A stretch of 64,000 nucleotides of DNA from a virus. Location: IMG/VR virus record IMGVR_UViG_3300014208_000028, positions 93,123-157,122 of that record. The stretch is one strand, 5' to 3'. Shown in pieces: positions 28,273 through 37,846 of this stretch. The translations under genes were made by a program, and so were the position numbers. Under the pieces are notes generated by a model, which was given only the letters and a program-made list of their open reading frames with translations, made no database searches and had not been told where the DNA came from. Within the stretch, counting starts at the first letter, position 1. Each line of letters begins with the position of its first letter.

Positions 28273-30156
28273 TTAATTATTTTGAGGAACTGGAGAAGTA
28301 GCCCCTTCTTTAAGTATTCTTAAAGATCTAATAACCTGTAATAAATTCTTAATTGCACTACGAATATTCTTCTCAGGTAAAGAAGTTAAGCCTAATCTAG
28401 TAGCTAACATAAAGGAAGCTAAAGTACTAGCAGTCTGTTCAAACTGAGGTAATGCCTCTACGAAGTTATTTATATTATCTTCATTAACAAAGTTTAAGGA
28501 TAATAAACTATCTACAGTTTCAGTACGGATATCATTATCCGCGCCCAATTTAGTGAAGTATTCTTCTAAATCCCCACTGGCTGTAGCTAAAGCATAAGCA
28601 GTAGAAGTTATATCATCATTTCCTACTTTAGTTAAACTAGCTAATTTTTTAATATAAGAATTATCAGGAATTATTTCTTTATTAAATCTTTCAGTAGTAT
28701 AGAAAGTAACTCTATTACCGGCCTCGGCTAATTCCATATATTCTTTTATCTGTTCAGGAATAGCGCCTAATCCAAGTAATACTACACTAGCTACCTTTTC
28801 AGGTAAATTACTTAATTCCACATTTCCTAAAGGATTGCCAGAAAGAGTAAAGCCAGTATTATCTAACTGCATATTAACTTTATTTACTTCAGATAATTCT
28901 TTTCCAGTCGGCGCTAAAGATTCATGCATATTCCCATTGATCTGAGCAAATTTACAAGTATTAGGAAGCATGTAGGTCTTTCTATCTTTACCTAAAGTCG
29001 GCTGTTTAATAGATTTAGTAATAGCTACTTTAAATAATCTTCCAGTATCAGTCTCTACACTATATGCCCCGCCAGATTTACCTTTAACGGTTACAGGAAT
29101 TGTGCATTTCTGAGTTCCACGATCATCATAATAAAATACGCCTTTACCTTTAATTTCATCATTAGCGTATACCTGATCTAATATTACTTCCCCCGCAACC
29201 TTCTCCTGCATTGAATAGAAATCTTTGCCTATAAAAAGCTGATAAGGAACTCTACGGCCATCTAAACCGACTACTTCAGTAAAAGCATATCCTTCACCGT
29301 AAGTAGGAACTAAAAGCTTACCAGTTTTAGAAACATAGTCTTTAGGTTCATATACTCCTTTACCAGTACCCATAAATAATCCTTCTTCAGGTACTTCACT
29401 AGCTATCTTAGTTAATTTATCGCCTTTATAACTTATAAATTTAAAAGGATCTTTAGATAAAGAAATACTTTTAACTTCTTCGCCGTCCTTATAGATAACG
29501 CAAGCATCCGCCTGTTCTTCTTCTATAGAAGCTTCTTTAGTAAAACTAAAGTTATTAATACTATTTATAAAACTAGAAAATGCTTCAGTCTGATTAGGAG
29601 TTAAATTGGAAATGAATTTATTAATATCTATACTAGTATTTCCTACACTAGATAACTCGCCTATATTATTTATACTAGCTACCTTACCCATTGGGTTTCT
29701 ACCAATAGCGTTAGAAGCTAAGTTCATAGGGAATATATTATCAGTCATCTGAGCATTCTGACCGCCCTTCTGACGTTTAATTAATCCTTCAAATAAGCTA
29801 GGCTCAAAGAAATACTCATTAGCCGATTTTTCGGTGGCGGGCATCATCTTACCATTTATAGATATAATATCTAAAGGATATAAATTACCCTGATCTATTA
29901 CTACAGGAATATTCATAACCTTATCCTTAGTACTAGATACTTCTATAACACCAATACCAGACTTATTATTCTGGTCTACCTGATTCAATACTACATTAAC
30001 CTCTTTACCCGATAAGTAAGGTAATTGATTATAAACCTCATTAGTAATTTCAGCGGGCCAATTACCTACTTCTGGAGATAAACCAATAGCAGCCCCGGCT
30101 ACTTTAACCATCTCCTTTTCAGATATCTCTTGTATGTCCGTCATAAATAATTTCAT
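28273..30156 (-). CDS. Large putative virion core protein (627 aa) with many K-x-A-S/G sites
   Basis: KVAG, KVAS, KEAS, KIAS, KLAS recur; AGGAG RBS. Confidence 0.6.
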   Translation of the reverse strand: MKLFMTDIQEISEKEMVKVAGAAIGLSPEVGNWPAEITNEVYNQLPYLSGKEVNVVLNQVDQNNKSGIGVIEVSSTKDKVMNIPVVIDQGNLYPLDIISINGKMMPATEKSANEYFFEPSLFEGLIKRQKGGQNAQMTDNIFPMNLASNAIGRNPMGKVASINNIGELSSVGNTSIDINKFISNLTPNQTEAFSSFINSINNFSFTKEASIEEEQADACVIYKDGEEVKSISLSKDPFKFISYKGDKLTKIASEVPEEGLFMGTGKGVYEPKDYVSKTGKLLVPTYGEGYAFTEVVGLDGRRVPYQLFIGKDFYSMQEKVAGEVILDQVYANDEIKGKGVFYYDDRGTQKCTIPVTVKGKSGGAYSVETDTGRLFKVAITKSIKQPTLGKDRKTYMLPNTCKFAQINGNMHESLAPTGKELSEVNKVNMQLDNTGFTLSGNPLGNVELSNLPEKVASVVLLGLGAIPEQIKEYMELAEAGNRVTFYTTERFNKEIIPDNSYIKKLASLTKVGNDDITSTAYALATASGDLEEYFTKLGADNDIRTETVDSLLSLNFVNEDNINNFVEALPQFEQTASTLASFMLATRLGLTSLPEKNIRSAIKNLLQVIRSLRILKEGATSPVPQNN

Positions 30157-30194
30157 TTCATCTCCTAATAAAAATATATAAATTTATTATATAT

Positions 30195-30842
30195 CTATTT
30201 ACTCCGTTTTGCTATGTTTTCTAATATAGCTATAAACTCCATAGCTTTATCAGGACTATCAATTCCTAAGTCTTTTAATTTCGCGGCTAATTCTGGATTA
30301 TTTTCTAATTTCATAAAAAAGTCTTCGTACCACTGACTAGGAAATTTAGTTCCTTTTAATTCCCTCATCCTTTCTATATAAGAAAGTATATTCTCAAATC
30401 TATGTTTAGATTTTAATAATTGTAAAGGATTCTCTTTTCCAGCATGAGACCATTTAGCAGCCCCGCCTTCTATTACTTTAAACATGTCTCTAGCTACTGA
30501 AGCTTTTTTAACTATTTTTTTATCTTTTTTTTTATAATGTCTATATGCTCCATAGCCAATTCCAGCAGCACCTAATCCTGCCCCAGCTACCCATAACTTT
30601 TTATTCTTTAAAAGTTTATGAATCTGACTTTCTCTTTTACCAATACCGAATTTTCTAGCCTCACTAACACTTTGGATAGCGTGAGTAGTAGAGTTATCTA
30701 ATTCAGGCTCTACTACTTTAGCTCTACCCATATATCTTTCTTTAGACTTATTTGTAGGAGGAGCATAGTTTTTATCTACACCTTTTACTTTACCACTTTT
30801 AGGGTCTATATCAATAACCGTCTCGCCAATTTTTAATAACAT
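30195..30842 (-). CDS. Basic protein with Gly-rich TM-like segment and internal KKAS site
   Basis: LWVAGAGLGAAGIGYGAYRHYKKK. Confidence 0.65.
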   Translation of the reverse strand: MLLKIGETVIDIDPKSGKVKGVDKNYAPPTNKSKERYMGRAKVVEPELDNSTTHAIQSVSEARKFGIGKRESQIHKLLKNKKLWVAGAGLGAAGIGYGAYRHYKKKDKKIVKKASVARDMFKVIEGGAAKWSHAGKENPLQLLKSKHRFENILSYIERMRELKGTKFPSQWYEDFFMKLENNPELAAKLKDLGIDSPDKAMEFIAILENIAKRSK

Positions 30843-31402
30843 TATTTTTTTACCTTACGCTTATTAGTTTTAGGTTTCTTATATCCCTGTTGAGATAAGT
30901 ACGTACCCGTTCCTACAGATAATATTTTAGCTAATGCCGCTAATTGTATTTTTCTTTTAGAGGGGGCTACATTATGTAATGCTTGACGCATTAAAAAATC
31001 AGTTCCTAAATTAGATAGCCACGATCCCCAAGCCGCAGAAAATTTATTTCCTCTATCGGCTATAATATAAGGAGCTAGAACATGGGCACTGAGATAAGGT
31101 ATAGGCTGACGATGATGAGGAAGTAAACTTAATACTCCCGCACTACCAGCAGCTACTCCTCTTCTTAAATTATATCTAAGTTTCTTCTTATCAATTTTCT
31201 TAAAACTATATTTACTATTTTCACTAGCCTTTTTTCTAAACTTATCTTTAATACTTTCTTTCAAACTTTTTTTACTATTTTCTTTTAACTTCTGAAATAT
31301 AGTAAGTACATAAGCATAGTTCTCAGTTTGACCTTGAAGAGCAGCCATTATTTTAGACTGCTCCCAAAGTTTTTCGTCAGATGTATTTTTAAGTATAGGC
31401 AA
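30842..31402 (-). CDS. Basic hypothetical protein with internal KKAS site
   Basis: Coupled ORF, hydrophobic C-half. Confidence 0.6.
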   Translation of the reverse strand: MPILKNTSDEKLWEQSKIMAALQGQTENYAYVLTIFQKLKENSKKSLKESIKDKFRKKASENSKYSFKKIDKKKLRYNLRRGVAAGSAGVLSLLPHHRQPIPYLSAHVLAPYIIADRGNKFSAAWGSWLSNLGTDFLMRQALHNVAPSKRKIQLAALAKILSVGTGTYLSQQGYKKPKTNKRKVKK

Positions 31403-31942
31403 TTACTTATCCTTAGATTTTTTTATTTTAATAGCTTTTAATTTCTTCATAACTTCCGGGCTTATTTCCTTATTCCTCATTCTATCTGAAATATTTTCAA
31501 AATCTTTAAAGAAATGGAAGGGCATAACTTCTTTTTGAATCTTACTGGTTTCCGACCAGCTTTTAATGATTCCTTTTTTCTTTCTAATACCGTCCATAAG
31601 TCTAGCATATCTTTCCCAAGATTCCCGCTCCTCATTTAGCTTTTTCTCAGTACCCCATCTATGTAAAGGCTTACCCATATTTTTACGGCCCTCTCTAGCC
31701 CTATCACTCGGTACTGTATTTGGACTATTTAAAGCCTTTAAAATTTTATATAATGTCCCATTCTTCATCTCTTTTTCCATTTTTAAAGATGTAGGGAGAG
31801 CGACCTCATTAAAATATCTAGGGTCGCCTATTCCTAAAGGATTCCAATTCTGTACTCTACTTATGGCCCTACTTATGGGATATGTAGGTTTATCTTTTTC
31901 AATCTCTTTAGCTAATTTATCTATTTGTTCTGATCTGTTCAT
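31403..31942 (-). CDS. Leader-bearing basic protein (start reassigned to ATG 31942)
   Basis: MNRSEQIDKLA after AAAGGAG RBS. Confidence 0.7.
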   Translation of the reverse strand: MNRSEQIDKLAKEIEKDKPTYPISRAISRVQNWNPLGIGDPRYFNEVALPTSLKMEKEMKNGTLYKILKALNSPNTVPSDRAREGRKNMGKPLHRWGTEKKLNEERESWERYARLMDGIRKKKGIIKSWSETSKIQKEVMPFHFFKDFENISDRMRNKEISPEVMKKLKAIKIKKSKDK

Positions 31943-32101
31943 ATCAATCTCCTTTAACCCTATTTTTATTTCTACCAATATCGTATCCCCGCTCTTCTAA
32001 GAATCCTCGTAACCACTTATTAGAGCCGGATATTTTTCCATTAACTTTACCTAAAAGTAAAACTAATTTTTTTAACTGTTCTTGTCTCAAAATAAACTCT
32101 C

Positions 32102-33115
32102 TTACTTTTTAAGTTTATATTTTAATTTTTCTAACTGCTCTTCACGCTTACTTTCTTCAGCTTCATGCTTTTTAAACTTTTTACCTTTAGAACAATTAGC
32201 CTGTTTACTAAGTTCATTATTTTCTAAAGTAGCATTATTACCTATTAAAGCCATTATTTTAGCAATACGTTCATCCCAAGCATTTGTTACTTCAGGAGTC
32301 ATGCCTAATCTCATATCTTCTAAAGGATCTATTGTCTGGCCGAAAGTATGACGACGACTTCTATATTCTCCATCACTAGGCCCGCGAACTATTAAAGCTA
32401 ATTTTTCTAACTGATCATTTCTCATATCTTCTCCTATAGAAGCAGTTTTTTTATGCTCCATTTTATCTCTGATTTTCTTCTCTAACTTTTTCTCATAATA
32501 ACCTTTTCCAAAACCTGTTAAAGTAGCTAATCCCGCTACTCCTAAAGCAGGTTTAACATGTTTTTTTAGACCGCTTCCAATATCCTTTAAAGCTTCTCTA
32601 GGAAATTTTTTATTTTTAATACTGTCTACTATTTTATGGTAGAACTCATGTTTACCAACTAGTTTTTTATCTTTTAAAGCATTTAAAGCTGATACAGCTT
32701 TAGGTAAATCAGTTTTTTTGGAAACTTCTTTATCTGCTTTATGGACAGCGGCTAAAGTAGCTCCGCCTATTAAAGCACTAGAACCGAAGGAAGTTATGCC
32801 TCTACTTAAAGCCCAAGGTAAGGAACTATCCTTCTTTTTCTCTTCCGCTTTCTTACTTAATTTATTTTTAAATTTCTCATCCAATTTTTTTTCACCATAT
32901 CCCTCTAAAGTATTTAAACCTCCCACTATTCCCGCTACTCCCAACATAGGTCTAATTTTTTTAAAAATAGGAGCATTTTTATCTTTTAATAAAGCATTAG
33001 ATTTTTTAAGAGCATGAATTATAGCAGTAGTAGAAATGACACTAGCCCCTCCAGAAGTTAATGCTCTACTTCCAGCCCAAGCTAAGTTAGATTTGGTATC
33101 TTTATCGGGGGCCAA
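32102..33115 (-). CDS. Modular basic polyprotein: two tandem membrane-type repeats plus internal leader copies
   Basis: W..SR..TS.G.S.(L)I and LGVAG...GY.EKKL..K repeated; KKAE and KTAS junctions; MRNDQLEKLA. Confidence 0.7.
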   Translation of the reverse strand: MAPDKDTKSNLAWAGSRALTSGGASVISTTAIIHALKKSNALLKDKNAPIFKKIRPMLGVAGIVGGLNTLEGYGEKKLDEKFKNKLSKKAEEKKKDSSLPWALSRGITSFGSSALIGGATLAAVHKADKEVSKKTDLPKAVSALNALKDKKLVGKHEFYHKIVDSIKNKKFPREALKDIGSGLKKHVKPALGVAGLATLTGFGKGYYEKKLEKKIRDKMEHKKTASIGEDMRNDQLEKLALIVRGPSDGEYRSRRHTFGQTIDPLEDMRLGMTPEVTNAWDERIAKIMALIGNNATLENNELSKQANCSKGKKFKKHEAEESKREEQLEKLKYKLKK

Positions 33116-33182
33116 AATAATCTCCTTAATAAAATACTATCTTTAGTTTACTAGGTTATTATTTATAATTCAATATATAATT

Positions 33183-33205
33183 AAAAAAAGGGCCTAAGCC
33201 CTTAA
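33183..33205 (-). terminator. Intrinsic terminator
   Basis: AAGGGC-TTAG-GCCCTT then T tract on minus strand; same hairpin sequence occurs at 37308-37323. Confidence 0.75.
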
Positions 33206-33586
33206 AATAGAATTAATTATTGCAAAAGTCTTTTTTTGACCTCCTCCTAATAATTCTTGTATATATGCATCAGCACGTACTCTATTAATTACTACTTCAG
33301 TCATGTTACCCTTATCGTCCCCCTCCCTATCTTCATTAATTTTATAATCTTCTGGAAATTCTATTCTCATAAAAGCTTCTTGAACTTCTAGGGCAATCTC
33401 TAAATTATGTCTAAACTTTCCACACATTCCTTCCTGTGAATAATAAACAATATCCCATCGCCCCTTTTCAAATATATCAATACCCCACCCCCCACAACTT
33501 AAAGGCCGTCTTTGAGTAATGTATTTACGCCTACATAAAATTTTCTGTACCGCATCTAATTGTTTGGAAAAATTGTCTTGCAGCAT
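33194..33586 (-). CDS. Hypothetical protein (130 aa)
   Basis: AGGAG RBS. Confidence 0.6.
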   Translation of the reverse strand: MLQDNFSKQLDAVQKILCRRKYITQRRPLSCGGWGIDIFEKGRWDIVYYSQEGMCGKFRHNLEIALEVQEAFMRIEFPEDYKINEDREGDDKGNMTEVVINRVRADAYIQELLGGGQKKTFAIINSILRA

Positions 33587-33906
33587 CCCTATCTCCTTTA
33601 TTAATCTTCAGGTACTAACTCAATAAGTACATTTCCTCCAGTTTCTCTTTCATCTCTAATTCTTAACATTTTATTATCAGGAGTAGAGATTACAATATCT
33701 ACTGAAGTAACTTTTGTTATAAGACTTAGTTCCTGTGTCGTAAAACTTCCCTTTACTTTAAACTCCATTTTTCCTCCTAGACTATAATTAAAACTTTATC
33801 ATAATTTTATAACAAATATTTAATAGAAATTTCAGCCCGCCAAAAATAGTTATTTTATGTTATATAACCATGAGTAAACACTACTCAAATTTTTATCACG
33901 TAAGGA

Positions 33907-34545
33907 GTGACGATGAGTAAGAAAAGTGGAGTAAATTATGTACATACTATGGATGGGAAAGAAAAGAAGAAGTATATAGAAGTTGTAGTAAATCAATATA
34001 AAAATGGAAAATTACTTAAAAGTACTACGTTTGGAGATGAGAATGTAAAAACTATTACTACATCAGCCTATACTATAAAAGAAAGTAGTCCTATCTTATA
34101 TATTGGAGATACTATATCTGGTAGATATACTTATAGCTCTCATCCTAGCCCGCGAATTCCTATCATAAAAAAATCTAAAGCTATTATTGAAGATATGATT
34201 TTTGATCCTAGATTTCCTAATAAATATAAAGATGCTAATAATAGAGTTAGATCAGTGTATGGTAAAAGTCATATTGTAGTAGAGGAGTGTACTCCAGCAG
34301 GAGTTACTAAAGCGTATGAGAATAATCTTAAATTATTAGCAGATGGCTTAGAAATTAGGCGCTGGGGATTTGGGTTATTTATGTCTATTCGAGACGTAGC
34401 TAGTGTTATGAGAATTTCATATCAACAGGCTTATAAATTATTTAAACATAATAAAATCAAAGGCGTAATTAAAGAGCGAGTCGAAAATTCTACTAGATAT
34501 CGCGTACATGAAAAGTATATTAGAGATATGGGATATGATATATGA
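33907..34545 (+). CDS. Protein with C-terminal excisionase/MerR-like HTH
   Basis: FMSIRDVASVMRISYQQAYKLFKHNKIKG...RYRV; divergent promoter region 33790-33870. Confidence 0.65.
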   Translation: MTMSKKSGVNYVHTMDGKEKKKYIEVVVNQYKNGKLLKSTTFGDENVKTITTSAYTIKESSPILYIGDTISGRYTYSSHPSPRIPIIKKSKAIIEDMIFDPRFPNKYKDANNRVRSVYGKSHIVVEECTPAGVTKAYENNLKLLADGLEIRRWGFGLFMSIRDVASVMRISYQQAYKLFKHNKIKGVIKERVENSTRYRVHEKYIRDMGYDI

Positions 34546-34701
34546 GTTATATTATTCTAATTATTTTACTAATAGATGTTTATGTAAATCTTAATACTGC
34601 TAAGACTGTAAATTATCATGGTTTCAAAATTAGAGAGAAACTTAATTCTCTAATTAAAAAGAGTAATTAATACTCTAACAAACTGCCGTAAGGAGGCAAA
34701 A

Positions 34702-35229
34702 ATGCGTATCGAAAAAATCAGGTTCTGTCATCTCTACAATACCGATCATCCGATTGGTGAAAAGACTTTATTGGAATATCTTGAATATCGTCAGGCCGCT
34801 AAAAATAAAAAGAAGATTAGTTTTGCTAGATATGCTATGGAAAAGTTTGAAGCTCATATCAAGCGCAAATATCCTAATTTCAGTCTTAAGGGTATTCATA
34901 CTCACGAATTTGGAAGCGCCTATAATACTATAGGTAAGCTTATCAATATGGATAAGTTTAAAGGAGCTACCTTTGCTTTCGATATTGAAGGTAATTGCGG
35001 GTTTAGTATTTGTTTAGCTCCAGACGACTTTGATAAAGAAAAGGGCCGTATTATTGCGCGAGGTAGATTAGTTAAACATTATCTAACCCCTGAAGGTATT
35101 GACTGCCAAACTATTACTTGGGGCGAATTTGTAATTATCGCTAGTTTAGAAGAAGACCTCTCTCAGTTTGTAAAGTATGAAGATATTCAGAAAGCTTATT
35201 ATAAGCAGAGAACTAATTTTAATGAGTAA
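34702..35229 (+). CDS. Hypothetical protein (175 aa)
   Basis: AAGGAGG RBS. Confidence 0.7.
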   Translation: MRIEKIRFCHLYNTDHPIGEKTLLEYLEYRQAAKNKKKISFARYAMEKFEAHIKRKYPNFSLKGIHTHEFGSAYNTIGKLINMDKFKGATFAFDIEGNCGFSICLAPDDFDKEKGRIIARGRLVKHYLTPEGIDCQTITWGEFVIIASLEEDLSQFVKYEDIQKAYYKQRTNFNE

Positions 35230-35410
35230 GCCTAAATGTAAATTAATTGGAACTGATGGAAATACTTTAGCCCTTTTAGGACAGTGTACTAAGGCTTTAA
35301 AAAAAGCGGGCCTTACTAAAGAAGCCTCTGAATTAACTAATAAGATATTTAAATGCGATAGTTATGATAAAGCTTTACAAACTATGATGGAATACGTAGA
35401 GGTAGAATAG
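35222..35410 (+). CDS. Small phage-type protein (start ATG 35222)
   Basis: LIG.DGN..ALLG....AL..AG......SYD..LQ..MEYVEV motif. Confidence 0.65.
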   Translation: MSKPKCKLIGTDGNTLALLGQCTKALKKAGLTKEASELTNKIFKCDSYDKALQTMMEYVEVE

Positions 35411-36076
35411 ATGAAAAAAACCTTGGTAGGAAAAACTGTAAAATTATATAAGTTAACTAGGAGAAATAAAACTACTAGAGGAGATAACACTTCTCTATAT
35501 TCAGGCCTATCCACGAATACCTATTGGGAGATAGGAAAACCTAATAGGATAGATGGCATATATAGGCGGCCCATATTATGCTCTAACGGAGTTTTTCATG
35601 CTTATTCACATCCTCTATTAGCATCTTTATTTAGAAATACTCATGTTGCGGGTAAAAACTATAGTCATTTATATGAGTGTGAGCCAGCAGAAGTAGTAGT
35701 CGATGATGGCACTAAAGTAGGAACTTATAAATTAACTATTTCTAAAAGAATTCCTTTAGAAAAATTGTATAAAAAAGATCTACGTAAGATAGCCATATTG
35801 ACTGCTTTACGTATTACTAGATCTAAGGCAATTAAAGAACTGTTAAATGATAAATTACATAAAAATAGAAAAGTATCTAGACCCTTTGAGTTTGTAGATT
35901 CAAAAATACTGGAAGTGTATATGAACACTAGATTTAAATCGGTCGATATGGCTACTTTCGTATATAGTTTAGTCCGTAATAGACAATATACTAGAGATTA
36001 TATGGATATTATACAGCGGGGAGCTATGATGGGAATAGACGTTGTTTCTATAGTTAAACAGGTAATAGGCGAATAA
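35411..36076 (+). CDS. Hypothetical phage protein (DUF7666-like N-terminus)
   Basis: YKL......W.IG....LC..G.FHAY..PL...K....L.I. Confidence 0.5.
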   Translation: MKKTLVGKTVKLYKLTRRNKTTRGDNTSLYSGLSTNTYWEIGKPNRIDGIYRRPILCSNGVFHAYSHPLLASLFRNTHVAGKNYSHLYECEPAEVVVDDGTKVGTYKLTISKRIPLEKLYKKDLRKIAILTALRITRSKAIKELLNDKLHKNRKVSRPFEFVDSKILEVYMNTRFKSVDMATFVYSLVRNRQYTRDYMDIIQRGAMMGIDVVSIVKQVIGE

Positions 36077-36110
36077 AAAATCGGGGAATGTAAATTCCCC
36101 CTTTTTTTAG
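36077..36110 (+). terminator. Intrinsic terminator
   Basis: GGGGAAT-GTAA-ATTCCCC then T7. Confidence 0.85.
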
Positions 36111-36148
36111 TTATAAATATATAGATAAAAATCTATTAGGGAGGATTT

Positions 36149-36313
36149 ATGAAAACAGACATTTCTACTAGACACCAGATGTTAAAGAACCAAACTAGGA
36201 TTAAAGAATTAGAGTATTCTTTATACACAAACAAAGTGCCTCAAATGTATAATGCCTATCCGTCCGTTAAGTCGTATATTAGATTTTTAAAATATACTGA
36301 AGGAGGAGTATGA
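36149..36313 (+). CDS. Hypothetical protein (54 aa)
   Basis: GGGAGG RBS; hand-translated. Confidence 0.55.
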   Translation: MKTDISTRHQMLKNQTRIKELEYSLYTNKVPQMYNAYPSVKSYIRFLKYTEGGV

Positions 36314-36316
36314 ATA

Positions 36317-36397
36317 ATGGAAGTATATAATATCTACGGAATTTTGGTCATTATAACAATCCTCTTAACCTCTATCATAGTAGATAGAATTTTTTAA
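36317..36397 (+). CDS. Single-TM micro-protein (26 aa)
   Basis: GGAGG RBS; MEVYNIYGILVIITILLTSIIVDRIF. Confidence 0.5.
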   Translation: MEVYNIYGILVIITILLTSIIVDRIF

Positions 36398-36408
36398 AGG
36401 AGAATAGT

Positions 36409-36573
36409 ATGAAGAATTTATTGCCCAAGGTAGGCATTCTATTAATAGTAATTAGTCTAATCGTACTCGCATATGCCTGTTATCTCATATCCCCTATCGT
36501 AGCCGCCATTTTTGGAGGATTCATATTGATGGGCATAGGCGGGATGTGCATATCTTTATTTTTGATGAATTAA
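36409..36573 (+). CDS. Two-TM small membrane protein (54 aa)
   Basis: AAGGAG RBS; two hydrophobic helices. Confidence 0.6.
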   Translation: MKNLLPKVGILLIVISLIVLAYACYLISPIVAAIFGGFILMGIGGMCISLFLMN

Positions 36574-36586
36574 AAGGAGACTAAAC

Positions 36587-36811
36587 ATGCTTAAATGTTT
36601 TAATTGCGGCGGGCCTAATATAGTCGAAGTAAACGCTAAATGTTCTGATATGTGCGTAGTAGAAAAAGCTGATGAAGATATTCTATTAGAAGGATATGTT
36701 CCTCGTAATATCGGAATTGGAAGTGGAGACTATATTGATTTTGACTATTGTTTAGATTGCGGCCAGATACAAGATGATTGGCCTAAAGAGTTTTTGAATT
36801 TTAAGGAGTAA
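36587..36811 (+). CDS. Zn-ribbon protein (74 aa)
   Basis: CFNCG and YCLDCGQIQ. Confidence 0.65.
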   Translation: MLKCFNCGGPNIVEVNAKCSDMCVVEKADEDILLEGYVPRNIGIGSGDYIDFDYCLDCGQIQDDWPKEFLNFKE

Positions 36812-36814
36812 TGT

Positions 36815-37027
36815 ATGAAACTAACCATTACTATAGAAACAGATAAAGATTATATAACTAATAAAGAAATTATAAATGTTATAAATGTAGGAGTCCTTCA
36901 TATAAAAGAAGAACTAAAGATTAGAAAATGGAAATACCCAGAAAAAGCTTGGAAACTTAGAGAATCTTTTGGAAATTGGATAAAAGATAAAGATATTATA
37001 GGAAACGTAACTATCTTAAAGGAGTAA
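36815..37027 (+). CDS. Hypothetical protein (70 aa)
   Basis: AAGGAG RBS; resembles next ORF (M.LTI.IET..). Confidence 0.6.
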   Translation: MKLTITIETDKDYITNKEIINVINVGVLHIKEELKIRKWKYPEKAWKLRESFGNWIKDKDIIGNVTILKE

Positions 37028-37029
37028 AA

Positions 37030-37317
37030 ATGATATTTACTATCAAACTTAGTACTACTCACGAATACGCTTCTGCTAAAGAATTAAATATCTTCTTAGA
37101 TGAGATTAAAAAGATTATAACCGAAAACGGATCTTTTCCCAAAGGATATGGAACTTGTGAGCCGCTTTATATTAAAGAAAAACTTATAGGAGAAGTAAAT
37201 ATTAGTAGAGAACCTGATGATGTAACAAAAGAAACTCTTTCACACCATAGCCGCAAAATTATATTCGGTAAAATACGTCCTCCAATACTGGACTTAAAGA
37301 AAAAGAAAAGGGCTTAG
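37030..37317 (+). CDS. Hypothetical protein (95 aa)
   Basis: AAGGAG RBS. Confidence 0.6.
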   Translation: MIFTIKLSTTHEYASAKELNIFLDEIKKIITENGSFPKGYGTCEPLYIKEKLIGEVNISREPDDVTKETLSHHSRKIIFGKIRPPILDLKKKKRA

Positions 37318-37325
37318 GCCCTTTT

Positions 37326-37727
37326 TTATCTAATAGGATATTGAGTATTGTAATTAGGAAATGGGTTGGGAATTATATTAGCCGGTCTGTTATTTTCTAC
37401 ATTATTTTTGCGGGCCGATAAAATATAAGTTAGTAAAGGAATGGCAAGTAATAGACTACTCTTCCTTAATATTTCCGATAAATACATTACCTTATGATTG
37501 AATATCTCTTCTGGGCTAAATCCAGCATTTTTTAAATTATTAACATTATGTAAATACTTAATTACCGATCCAGCTAAAGCAGGAGTAGCTACCCCAACTT
37601 CTGCGCCGGTAAGTAAGGTAGTATTAGGTTCAGATTGTACTATAGCTAATCCTAGACCAGGCATCTGAGCTTTAATACTAGTAGATAAAAAACTAGCTAA
37701 TTTATTTAATTGAGCATATCGACTCAT
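37326..37727 (-). CDS. Leader-bearing membrane-type protein
   Basis: MSRYAQLNKLA; hydrophobic LLLAIPLLTYIL. Confidence 0.65.
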   Translation of the reverse strand: MSRYAQLNKLASFLSTSIKAQMPGLGLAIVQSEPNTTLLTGAEVGVATPALAGSVIKYLHNVNNLKNAGFSPEEIFNHKVMYLSEILRKSSLLLAIPLLTYILSARKNNVENNRPANIIPNPFPNYNTQYPIR

Positions 37728-37846
37728 TACTTTCTCTTACCCATAGAAGTTAAATATTTAGCAGCAACCTCTTTTATACCTTTCATTTTAGGGGCCGCAT
37801 ATTTTAATTTAGCCGCCAGCTTAATAAGTTGTTCTATTCTATTCAT
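37727..37846 (-). CDS. Leader-bearing 39-aa basic peptide MNRIEQLIKLAAKLKYAAPKMKGIKEVAAKYLTSMGKRK
   Basis: Hand-translated; stop/start overlaps on both sides. Confidence 0.7.
   Translation of the reverse strand: MNRIEQLIKLAAKLKYAAPKMKGIKEVAAKYLTSMGKRK

Noticed and set aside
28273-30156. Portal protein call for the 627-aa ORF
   Set aside because: The size fits, but I recognise no portal motifs, and many K-x-A sites suggest a processed core protein.
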